From Candidatus Onthomorpha sp. (GTDB taxonomy: Bacteria > Bacteroidota > Bacteroidia > Bacteroidales > P3), in the NCBI GenBank assembly GCA_045635365.1, contig JAZRCB010000039.1, positions 65,986 through 129,985 of the forward strand: a stretch of 64,000 bases of DNA, given 5' to 3'. The notes under the pieces are model-generated. The model had not been told where the DNA came from. It saw nothing but the letters and a program-made list of their open reading frames with translations, and did not search any database. Made by a program: the position numbers and the translations under genes. Positions 8,488 through 16,468 of this stretch are shown here, in pieces (position 1 is the first letter of the stretch; the number at the start of each line of letters is the position of its first letter).

Positions 8488-11373
8488 TTATTTTGTTTTT
8501 AAAGCGTTATACATTATTTCAATAGGGTGAAGTGCAATTCGTTTTGTAAAATGCTTTATTTGTTCTCTACAACTTGTCCCCGGCGCTGATATAATTGTTG
8601 TTTCCTCTGCTTGATTTATCGCTTTTGTAAGTACCAAATCTGCAATTTGCTTACTCATTTGATAATTCTTCTTTTCATATCCATAACTACCAGCCATACC
8701 ACAACAACCACTTGGAATATAATCTACATTGTAGTTTTTTGGAAGAGATAACATCTTAATCATATACTCCCCTCCTATTATTGCTTTTTGCTGACAGTGT
8801 CCATGAAGGAGAATCTTTTCTTCCGTGTCTGTGAATTGCTCTTTTATTATATTATTATTGTCTATTTCTTTTGCAATAAATTCATCAAAAAGATAGATAT
8901 GCTTATTTAATTCCGATATATCTTCACTTACTAATGAGGGATATTCATCTCTAAAGCTTAAAAGACTTGAAGGCTCAATTCCTATCATAGGAGAGTTTTT
9001 ACTTATAATACCTTTTAGTTTGTTTACATTGTTTTGAGCAATCTTTTTAGCTTTCCTCACCAATCCTTTACTGATTGCAATTCTTCCACTCTCTTTTATA
9101 GGTGCTATTTCTATTTTATATCCCAATTGAGTAAAGAGTTTAATTGCCACTTCTGTAACGTGACTATCTTGAAGTGCTGAAAATTCATCTATAAAAAGAT
9201 ATACTTTCTTTATTTCCTTATTTGGATTATAGTTTTTGAGTTGTTTTTCAAAATTTATAGCCTTTATAGTTGGCAAAGTTCTTTCTTGTGCAAAACCCAT
9301 TAAGCTTTTGATAATAGAAGATGTGAAATGATTTCTCACAGTCCAATTATAAACAAATGGAATAGAAGAAAAACATTTTTGAATCTTCGGAAGTGAATTT
9401 ATCATCAAGATATTAAATGGAGCATGTGTTGCATCGTAATAGTGTTGTAAAAATTCACTTTTAAGTTTTGCTATATCAACATTTGAAGGACACTCACTCT
9501 TACATGCTTTACACATTAAACAGTTATCTAATATGCTTTTGATTTCTTTAGATGCAAAAGGGTTTTCTTGATTTGAAAAAGATAATTTCTCTCTTAATAT
9601 ATTTGCTCTTGCTCTTGGAGTATCCCATTCATTATGTGAAACCTGAAATGTTGGACACATCTTTCCACCAAATTCTAATGACTTTCTGCAATCTGCAGAA
9701 CCATTACATTGTTCTATTGCACAAAGAAAGCCTTTTTGTGATTCAAAAGAATAGTATGTATTTATTTGAGGTGGATTGATATTTTCATATCTCAAAGATG
9801 TGTTCATCTTTGGAGTATCTATGATTTTTCCTTTGTTAAAGACATTATCAGCATCCCACACTTTCTTCATAGATCTCATTAATTCATATATCCTTTCTCC
9901 ATACATTAAAGGTATCCACTCTCCTCTTAATCTTCCATCTCCATGCTCTCCACTTAATGAACCTCTATGTTTTTTTACTAAAAGAGCAACTTCTTTACTT
10001 ATAGTATGAAAAAGTTCTACATCTTTTTTGTCTTTAAGATTAAGAATAGGTCTAAGATGCAATTCCCCTGTTGCTATATGTGCATGATAGACACATTTAA
10101 GATTATGCTTTGAAAGAATTTCTGCAAATTCTCTTAAATATTCTGGCAATCTTTCTGGAGCTACTGCTGTATCTTCTATCACAGAAACAGGTTTATAATC
10201 CCCTGCTACATTGGTTAAAAGTCCAAGTCCTGCTTTTCTTAATTCCCAAACCTTACTAATGTCTGCTCCATATATTATTGGACAGGCGTATGCTGAAGAA
10301 GATTTCTTGAAATGTTCAATAGCCTCTTGTAATTTAGCCTCTAATTTTTCCTTGCTTTCTTCTGCAAATTCTATTATAAGTATTGCTTGTGGCTTTCCTT
10401 GAATAAAGAAAGTATTTTGCTTTTGAGCAGGATTTCTATATGCAGCCTCTATTATATTATTATCCATTAACTCAACTGCCATAGGAGAATGCTCAAGAGC
10501 TATTAAGTTTCCTCTAAAGCTATCAAAGAGTTCAGAGAAGTGAACACAGATTACTGCTTTGTGCTTAGGTGGTAGTGGCAATAGATTTAACTTAAACTCT
10601 GTTGCAAAGCCGAGTGTTCCTTCACTACCTGCAAAAAGCTTTGCAAGATTTGGATTTTTGCTTTCTATAAGCGAGTCTAAAGCATATCCATTATTTCTTC
10701 TGCTAACTGTTTTTTCAGGAAAGTTCTCTTCTATTTCTTGTTTTAGTTCTAAAGAAGAATAAGTCTCTTTGATATATCTATAAATCTCTCCCTCTAAATC
10801 CTTTTGCTGAGCTTTAAGATTAAATTCTTCTTGGCTATATTGTTTTAATACAACCTGTTTTCCATCAGATAATATTACATTTGCTTCTAATAAATGCTCC
10901 CTTGTAGAGCCATATACTAAGGAATGAAGTCCACAAGAGTTATTTCCTACCATTCCTCCTATGCAACAACGATTTGCAGTAGAGGTTTCTGGTCCAAAGA
11001 AAAGGTTATAAGGTTTTAAATAGTTGTTTAATTGTTGTAGGACTACTCCTGCTTGAACTCTAACCCACTTTTCTTCTTGATTTACTTCTAATATCTTATT
11101 TAGATTCTTGCTTACATCAACCACAATTCCATTTCCTACTACTTGTCCTGCAAGTGATGTACCTGCTGCTCTTGGAATAAGAAAAGTAGAATGCTTTTTA
11201 CAAAAATCTAATAGTAATTTTATGTCTTGATAATAGTCTTCTTCAGGAATAAATACTGCTAAAGGCTTTTCTCTATATGCAGAAGCATCTGTGGAGTATA
11301 ATATCAGCCTTGTTTCATCTAATATTAACTCTCCTTTTACTCTTTCTTTGATTTGTTTTAATAACTCTTTCAT
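8488..11373 (-). CDS. FAD-linked oxidase fused to a 4Fe-4S/CCG domain (GlcD-GlcF-like; E. coli YdiJ-type D-2-hydroxyacid dehydrogenase)
   Basis: 961 aa. N-terminal FAD_binding_4-type region (PRAAGTSLAGQVVG...IGGMVGNNSCG). Ferredoxin-type motif CLMCKACKSECPSN. C-terminal CCG-type motifs (HGHCQQKA, SGCCGMAGSYG). There is 1 nt between its stop and the next start, and it directly abuts the upstream gene. Confidence 0.8.
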   Translation of the reverse strand: MKELLKQIKERVKGELILDETRLILYSTDASAYREKPLAVFIPEEDYYQDIKLLLDFCKKHSTFLIPRAAGTSLAGQVVGNGIVVDVSKNLNKILEVNQEEKWVRVQAGVVLQQLNNYLKPYNLFFGPETSTANRCCIGGMVGNNSCGLHSLVYGSTREHLLEANVILSDGKQVVLKQYSQEEFNLKAQQKDLEGEIYRYIKETYSSLELKQEIEENFPEKTVSRRNNGYALDSLIESKNPNLAKLFAGSEGTLGFATEFKLNLLPLPPKHKAVICVHFSELFDSFRGNLIALEHSPMAVELMDNNIIEAAYRNPAQKQNTFFIQGKPQAILIIEFAEESKEKLEAKLQEAIEHFKKSSSAYACPIIYGADISKVWELRKAGLGLLTNVAGDYKPVSVIEDTAVAPERLPEYLREFAEILSKHNLKCVYHAHIATGELHLRPILNLKDKKDVELFHTISKEVALLVKKHRGSLSGEHGDGRLRGEWIPLMYGERIYELMRSMKKVWDADNVFNKGKIIDTPKMNTSLRYENINPPQINTYYSFESQKGFLCAIEQCNGSADCRKSLEFGGKMCPTFQVSHNEWDTPRARANILREKLSFSNQENPFASKEIKSILDNCLMCKACKSECPSNVDIAKLKSEFLQHYYDATHAPFNILMINSLPKIQKCFSSIPFVYNWTVRNHFTSSIIKSLMGFAQERTLPTIKAINFEKQLKNYNPNKEIKKVYLFIDEFSALQDSHVTEVAIKLFTQLGYKIEIAPIKESGRIAISKGLVRKAKKIAQNNVNKLKGIISKNSPMIGIEPSSLLSFRDEYPSLVSEDISELNKHIYLFDEFIAKEIDNNNIIKEQFTDTEEKILLHGHCQQKAIIGGEYMIKMLSLPKNYNVDYIPSGCCGMAGSYGYEKKNYQMSKQIADLVLTKAINQAEETTIISAPGTSCREQIKHFTKRIALHPIEIMYNALKTK

Positions 11374-12291
11374 TTAATAAATTCTTTCAAAGAAATATTT
11401 TCCTAATTCTTTGGATAAATTAAATGGAATTAGCCTCCAAAGTTTCTTAAACAATTTTATGTCTCTTATATTCTTCTTAGGGTGTGAGTAATTCCAATAG
11501 AGCTGTATTTCCTTAGGTTTAAAGTGTCTTTTATATTCGTGAACAGAGGATTGTCTTGTGCTTCTTCCAAGATAATAAGAGCTTGCTTTTTCTTCTATGC
11601 AATATTGCATCATTGCATAATGTAAGGCATAAGAGGTGTAAAGATGATTATACTTTTGATAGGTTGCGAAGAATCCATTTTCAAAAGCATCATCTCCTCT
11701 TCTCACTAAAGTAGCAGCTCCTATTGCTTTATTATTATGATAAGCCACAAAGACTTTTCCTGTCTTTGTTTTTAGGAGTTTCTTTATATAGTCTTTACCC
11801 GAAAAAGGACTTCCTAATTCAAACATTCTTCTTGAATAGACTGCATAAAAATCATTGATAAGTTTCTTTCCTGAGGTCCTAATTTCTATTCCTAAAGACT
11901 GTGATTTGCGGATTTTTCTTCTCACATTGGAAGTAAACATACTCATCAAATTGTCTTGAAGGTCTATTTTAAAATTCAACTTATCTGCATAGACATTTGA
12001 AGAATATGCTCTTGTATCTCTTATCTCCCAATGAATGTTTTTAGTGCATAAAAGATTGCCATCTTGGGTTTCAACAAAGCGAAATAATGCTTGTTCTTTA
12101 TAGCTTTTTAAATCTGTTTGTACATAAGCCTCTGAGCAGTGTGGTAGAGATATCCAACTTCTTCCACACTTACACATTAAAAGAAGTACACGCCTACCAT
12201 TGAAGTAATCCAATGGTATTTTGTGTACTTTCAATTTATGTAATCGCTCAAATTCTTGAATGAATTTGTCTGCACAAACAAGTTCTATCAT
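11374..12291 (-). CDS. FemAB-like / GNAT (Acetyltransf_6-type) protein
   Basis: 305 aa. SNVRRKIRKSQSLGIEIR followed by a GNAT-like core (FVAYHNNKAIGAATLV) is the pattern I associate with FemAB-related proteins found in exopolysaccharide loci. Its start codon overlaps the stop of the upstream gene at 12291. Confidence 0.6.
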   Translation of the reverse strand: MIELVCADKFIQEFERLHKLKVHKIPLDYFNGRRVLLLMCKCGRSWISLPHCSEAYVQTDLKSYKEQALFRFVETQDGNLLCTKNIHWEIRDTRAYSSNVYADKLNFKIDLQDNLMSMFTSNVRRKIRKSQSLGIEIRTSGKKLINDFYAVYSRRMFELGSPFSGKDYIKKLLKTKTGKVFVAYHNNKAIGAATLVRRGDDAFENGFFATYQKYNHLYTSYALHYAMMQYCIEEKASSYYLGRSTRQSSVHEYKRHFKPKEIQLYWNYSHPKKNIRDIKLFKKLWRLIPFNLSKELGKYFFERIY

Positions 12292-13256
12292 TATCTATAA
12301 AAAGGGTGTGTTGCCAAAGGTAAAGCAGCCAATGGGTGATAATCTCCTTTCAATCCTAATGGACGTGTATTTCTTATATCATGTACTATTTTTATACTTT
12401 GATAAGCTTGGTCTAATCCAAATCCTTCGCCTGCTAATATCTTTTTATAACTTTCTGTATGCAATTCTGTAAAGCCATCAGAGAACTCTATTTCTTTTCC
12501 ATCCATTTCCATTTTTCTATAAGTTCTCTTTCCTTGTTCAACAGCTTGTTTTGGAAGAGTATCACTATTTATTGACATAAAATATCTAACTCTTGCTCTT
12601 TCAAATCTCAAGAATCCTGCAGCTCTATCATGTTCATATATGTGAACAATATTTTCTTGAATATTTCCAAAAATCCAAGAAAGCATATCATAGAAGTGAA
12701 CTCCAATATTAGTTGCTACTCCACCTGATTTGCTTGAATCTCCCTTCCATGAGGTGTAGTACCACAATCCACGAGAAGTGATATAAGTTAAATCAACATC
12801 ATAAACCTTATCCTTAGGTCCATTATCTATCATATTTTTCCATTCAATGATAGCAGGGTGAAGACGAAGTTGCAAAATATTAAATACTTTCTTCCCTGTT
12901 TGTTCTTCCATTTTAGAAAGAGCATCAATATTCCATGGATTTAACACAAGAGGCTTTTCACAAATTACATCAGCTCCTGCTCTTAAACCAAATCTTATAT
13001 GAGAATCATGAAGATAGTTAGGTGTACAAACAGTAACATAATCCAATTTATCTTCAGTATGCTTTATCTTTTCTACAAATCTATCAAATCTTTCGTATTC
13101 TGTATAAAAAGAACATTGAGGAAAATAACTATCCATTATACCTACTGAATCACTTTTATCTAAAGCTACAACTAAGTTATTTCCAGTCTCTTTTATTGCT
13201 CTAAGGTGTCTTGGTGCAATGTAACCTCCAACACCTATAATTCCAAAATTCTTCAT
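12291..13256 (-). CDS. Gfo/Idh/MocA oxidoreductase, WbpB/WlbA-like UDP-N-acetylglucosaminuronate 3-dehydrogenase
   Basis: 321 aa. MKNFGIIGVGGYIAPRHLRAIKETGN, ICEKPL, NILQLRLHP and DLTYITSRGLWYYTSWKGDSSKSGGVATNIGVHFYDML closely resemble WbpB/WlbA as I remember them. Confidence 0.8.
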   Translation of the reverse strand: MKNFGIIGVGGYIAPRHLRAIKETGNNLVVALDKSDSVGIMDSYFPQCSFYTEYERFDRFVEKIKHTEDKLDYVTVCTPNYLHDSHIRFGLRAGADVICEKPLVLNPWNIDALSKMEEQTGKKVFNILQLRLHPAIIEWKNMIDNGPKDKVYDVDLTYITSRGLWYYTSWKGDSSKSGGVATNIGVHFYDMLSWIFGNIQENIVHIYEHDRAAGFLRFERARVRYFMSINSDTLPKQAVEQGKRTYRKMEMDGKEIEFSDGFTELHTESYKKILAGEGFGLDQAYQSIKIVHDIRNTRPLGLKGDYHPLAALPLATHPFYR

Positions 13257-13284
13257 AATTTTTATAAACTTATAATATATCTTG

Positions 13285-13292
13285 CAAAGGTA
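13285..13292 (-). promoter_or_regulatory. Possible internal -7 promoter box (TACCTTTG on minus strand)
   Basis: CAAAGGTA on +. It lies 28 nt upstream of ATG 13256, in the 49-nt gap after the acetyltransferase gene. Confidence 0.35.
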
Positions 13293-13305
13293 GAAAAAAA
13301 ATCCT

Positions 13306-13878
13306 TTACTTTATTCTTTCTACCCTATTGTTTTCAAGTTTATACTCTTGTTTTGTTTCAGGACAAATAGCAATTCCCTTATCATCAAAGTGTAATCTAT
13401 GCCCATATTCACTAACCCAACCCATTTGTCTTGCAGGATTTCCAACCACTAAAGCATAATCATCAATAGTTTTTGTAACCACAGCACCCGCTCCAATAAA
13501 AGCATATCTTCCTATATCATGACCACAAACTATTGTAGCATTTGCACCTATTGAAGCACCTTTTTTAATAATAGTTCTTTTATATTCACTCTTTCTATTA
13601 ACAGCTGAACGAGGATTTATAACATTTGTAAACACACAAGAAGGTCCTAAAAACACATCATCTTCACAAATTACACCTGTATATAAAGAAACATTATTTT
13701 GAATCTTGCAATTCTCACCCAATTCCACATTAGGAGAAATTACAACATTTTGTCCTATATTACAATTCTTACCTATCTTACAATCAGACATTATATGAGA
13801 AAAATGCCATATCTTAACACCCTCCTCAATTATGCAGTTTTCATCTACAACCGCAGTCTCATGAACAAAATACTTCAT
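13306..13878 (-). CDS. Hexapeptide-repeat N-acetyltransferase, WbpD/WlbB-like
   Basis: 190 aa, left-handed beta-helix repeats. [42 protein letters not shown] and [17 protein letters not shown] match the WbpD/WlbB pattern. Confidence 0.8.
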   Translation of the reverse strand: MKYFVHETAVVDENCIIEEGVKIWHFSHIMSDCKIGKNCNIGQNVVISPNVELGENCKIQNNVSLYTGVICEDDVFLGPSCVFTNVINPRSAVNRKSEYKRTIIKKGASIGANATIVCGHDIGRYAFIGAGAVVTKTIDDYALVVGNPARQMGWVSEYGHRLHFDDKGIAICPETKQEYKLENNRVERIK

Positions 13879-13910
13879 AACTATAATCTTTATAATAAAT
13901 AAACAATATG

Positions 13911-13918
13911 CAAAGTTA
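13911..13918 (-). promoter_or_regulatory. Bacteroidota -7 promoter box (TAACTTTG on minus strand)
   Basis: CAAAGTTA on +. It lies 32 nt upstream of ATG 13878, the first gene of the minus-strand glycan operon. Confidence 0.45.
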
Positions 13919-13931
13919 GGAAAAAAAATAG

Positions 13932-13939
13932 TAATTTTG
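13932..13939 (+). promoter_or_regulatory. Possible -7 promoter box (TAATTTTG) for mnmA
   Basis: Matches TAnnTTTG but ends only 6 nt before ATG 13946. If used, the mRNA would be leaderless or nearly so. Confidence 0.3.
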
Positions 13940-13945
13940 CCAATT

Positions 13946-15016
13946 ATGGAAATAGCAGCATTAGTATCAGGAGGCGTAGATAGCAGTGTAAGTGTTGTAC
14001 GCTTAAAAGAAATGGGTTATGACCCTACAATCTTTTACATCAAAATTGGAATGGAAGACAAAGATGGCTACATAGATTGTCCATCAGAAGAAGATATAGA
14101 AATCACCTCTTACATAGCCAAGAAATATGGTTGTAAATTTGAAATAGTTTCCCTACAAGAAGAATATTGGGAAAGCGTAGTAAGTTACACAATAGAATCA
14201 GTAAGAAGAGGACTTACTCCTAACCCAGATATGATGTGTAATAAACTAATAAAATTTGGAGCCTTTGAAAGAAAATGGGGACATTGCTTTGATAAAATAG
14301 CAACAGGTCACTATTGTACAACAACCGAAATAAACGATAAAGTCTTTCTTTCAACAGCAAAAGACCATGTAAAAGACCAAACTTACTTCCTTGGACAAAT
14401 AAACTATTTACAAGTAAGCAAACTAATGTTCCCTATTGGAGATATGCTAAAAAGCGAAGTAAGAGAAAAAGCAAGAGAGGTAAAACTACCATCAGCAGAA
14501 AGAAAAGACTCACAAGGCATTTGCTTTCTTGGAAAGATAAACTACAATGACTTTATTCGCCGATACCTTGGAGAAAAAGAAGGAAAGATAGTAGAATTAG
14601 AAACAGGCAAAATCCTTGGAACTCACAAAGGCTTTTGGTTTCACACAATAGGACAAAGAAAAGGCTTAGGACTTGGAGGAGGGCCTTGGTTTGTAGTAAA
14701 AAAAGACGTAAATGAAAACGTATTATATGTATCACAAGGCTATGACCCACAAACTCAATATGGGAAAACCATAAACCTATCAGCCTTTCAATACATAACA
14801 GAAGATATTTGGGGAGATTTCACAGACGAAAAAGACATATTGTTTAAAATACGTCATACACCCGACTTTACAAAAGCCAAACTAAAAAAGATAAACGACA
14901 TTTATAGAATAGAATCCGAAGAAAAAATACAAGGAATAGCAGCAGGACAATTTGGAGTTGTTTATTCCCCTGATGCAAAACTATGTCTTGGAAGTGGAGT
15001 AATAATAGAAGACTAA
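13946..15016 (+). CDS. mnmA: tRNA-specific 2-thiouridylase MnmA
   Basis: PP-loop motif [12 protein letters not shown]; CNKLIKFG; KDQTYFL; DSQGICFLG. Start taken at ATG 13946 (track TTG 13937). Confidence 0.9.
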   Translation: MEIAALVSGGVDSSVSVVRLKEMGYDPTIFYIKIGMEDKDGYIDCPSEEDIEITSYIAKKYGCKFEIVSLQEEYWESVVSYTIESVRRGLTPNPDMMCNKLIKFGAFERKWGHCFDKIATGHYCTTTEINDKVFLSTAKDHVKDQTYFLGQINYLQVSKLMFPIGDMLKSEVREKAREVKLPSAERKDSQGICFLGKINYNDFIRRYLGEKEGKIVELETGKILGTHKGFWFHTIGQRKGLGLGGGPWFVVKKDVNENVLYVSQGYDPQTQYGKTINLSAFQYITEDIWGDFTDEKDILFKIRHTPDFTKAKLKKINDIYRIESEEKIQGIAAGQFGVVYSPDAKLCLGSGVIIED

Positions 15017-15017
15017 G

Positions 15018-16130
15018 ATGAAAAAGATAGTTCACATCACCTCCGTACATCAAAGATACGACACAAGAATATTTCATAAAGAATGCTTAAGCCTAAAAAA
15101 AGCAGGCTATGAAGTAAGCCTTATAGTAGCAGACGGAAAAGGAGATGAAGAAAAAAACGGAATCAAAATCTACGATGTAGGAAAGCAAACAAACAGAATA
15201 AAAAGACTATTATTCACCTCAAAAGCAGTAATAAAAAAAGCCAAAGAACTAAATGCAGACCTATATCACTATCATGACCCAGACTTATTAATAGAAGCAA
15301 GAACACTAAGCACTAATGCACACCTAATATTTGATTCCCATGAAGACTTTCCTGCACTAATGCTACAAAGAGATTACATACCAAGCATTTTTAGAAGCCT
15401 TCTCTTTAAAATAGCACAAAGAATAGAAACCACAAGTGCAAAACAAATGAGTGCAGTAGTATGTGCAACAGATAATATTAGAGATAAATTCATAAACTAC
15501 CAAAGAGTAGAAGCCATAACAGTGAAGAACTATCCAATAGCAAATCTAAACACAACACCTATAAACCATACTGAAATCACACCCCCTGTAGCCTGTTATG
15601 TAGGAGGGCTTACCCCCATAAGAGGAGTAAAAGAAATGATACTCTCTTGTCATAAAGCAGGAATAAAACTCTTACTTGCAGGGCCCTTTGACTCAGAAGA
15701 CTACTTAAAAGAAATGCAATCACTAAAAGAATGGGAAAACGTAGAATACCTAGGCTATGTAGAAAGCACACAAGTAAAAGAAAAAGTATATGATAAATCC
15801 ACACTTGGATTAGCCTTACTACATAAAGCACCAAATCACACACTCTCTATTCCAATCAAGCAATTAGAATACATGATAGAAGGACTACCAACCATATCCT
15901 CACAAGAGGTAATCTTTTGCAAAGAAGTCATAGAAAACGAAAAATGTGGAATAGTAGTAAACCCATTAAACATAGAAGAAACCTCACAAGCCATAAAAAC
16001 TATCATAAACAATAAGTCCTTAGCTCAAGAAATGTCAAATAAAGCATACATAAGTGCAAAAGAAAAATACAACTGGCTCTCACAAGAAAAAGAACTTTTA
16101 AAGCTCTATAAAAATCTATTAAAAGAATAA
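15018..16130 (+). CDS. Glycosyltransferase family 4
   Basis: 370 aa. N-terminus HITSVHQRYDTRIFHKECLSLKKAGYEV. The C-terminal half has the GT-B pattern (EYLGYV...LGLALL...KQLEYMIEGLPTISS). The start is 1 nt after the mnmA stop. Confidence 0.75.
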   Translation: MKKIVHITSVHQRYDTRIFHKECLSLKKAGYEVSLIVADGKGDEEKNGIKIYDVGKQTNRIKRLLFTSKAVIKKAKELNADLYHYHDPDLLIEARTLSTNAHLIFDSHEDFPALMLQRDYIPSIFRSLLFKIAQRIETTSAKQMSAVVCATDNIRDKFINYQRVEAITVKNYPIANLNTTPINHTEITPPVACYVGGLTPIRGVKEMILSCHKAGIKLLLAGPFDSEDYLKEMQSLKEWENVEYLGYVESTQVKEKVYDKSTLGLALLHKAPNHTLSIPIKQLEYMIEGLPTISSQEVIFCKEVIENEKCGIVVNPLNIEETSQAIKTIINNKSLAQEMSNKAYISAKEKYNWLSQEKELLKLYKNLLKE

Positions 16131-16169
16131 GGAATACAAGAATCCCTTTTCATTTTTCAACGAATTCCA

Positions 16170-16243
16170 TTCAGTACCACGCTGTGGTATTCCATTTTCT
16201 CTTTGTGGTATTCAAATACCACTGCGTGGTACTGAGCCTTTTT
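16170..16243 (+). terminator. Long imperfect palindrome followed by a T-run (terminator after the GT4 gene)
   Basis: Arms cagtaccacgctgtggtatt (16172-16191) and aataccactgcgtggtactg (16215-16234) pair over 20 bp with one T:T mismatch. The stem can extend by 1-2 pairs. It is followed by ccttttt and is relatively G+C-rich for this window. Confidence 0.6.
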
Positions 16244-16364
16244 CAAAGAATCGCGTCAGTTTTTCAAAGAGACAATCCGTTTTCTTAAAGAGATAATTCA
16301 TTTTCTTAAAGAGAAAAACAGATTTTCACAAAGAAAAACCGATTTGAAAATAAAGTTTCATTTC
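16239..16364 (+). repeat. ~125-nt element built of 21-22-nt subrepeats TTTTCAnAAAGAGA... (copy E1)
   Basis: AAAGA phase starts at 16245, 16266, 16287, 16308, 16330 and 16352. The ~105-nt core is nearly identical to 48031-48132, and both end in tttgaaaataaagtttcatttc. Confidence 0.8.
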
Positions 16365-16400
16365 TCTAAATCTTGATGAAAATATCATAATTCAAAATAT

Positions 16401-16438
16401 AAAACAAAAAAGGCCGAACTTTAATTTGTTCAGCCTTA
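16401..16438 (-). terminator. Intrinsic terminator after the LRR/T9SS cargo gene
   Basis: On the minus-strand RNA, aaggcugaac pairs with guucggccuu (10 bp, one G:U) and is followed by uuuuguuuu. Confidence 0.65.
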
Positions 16439-16468
16439 ATATCGAATGTTTAATTTATCTTTCTAAAG

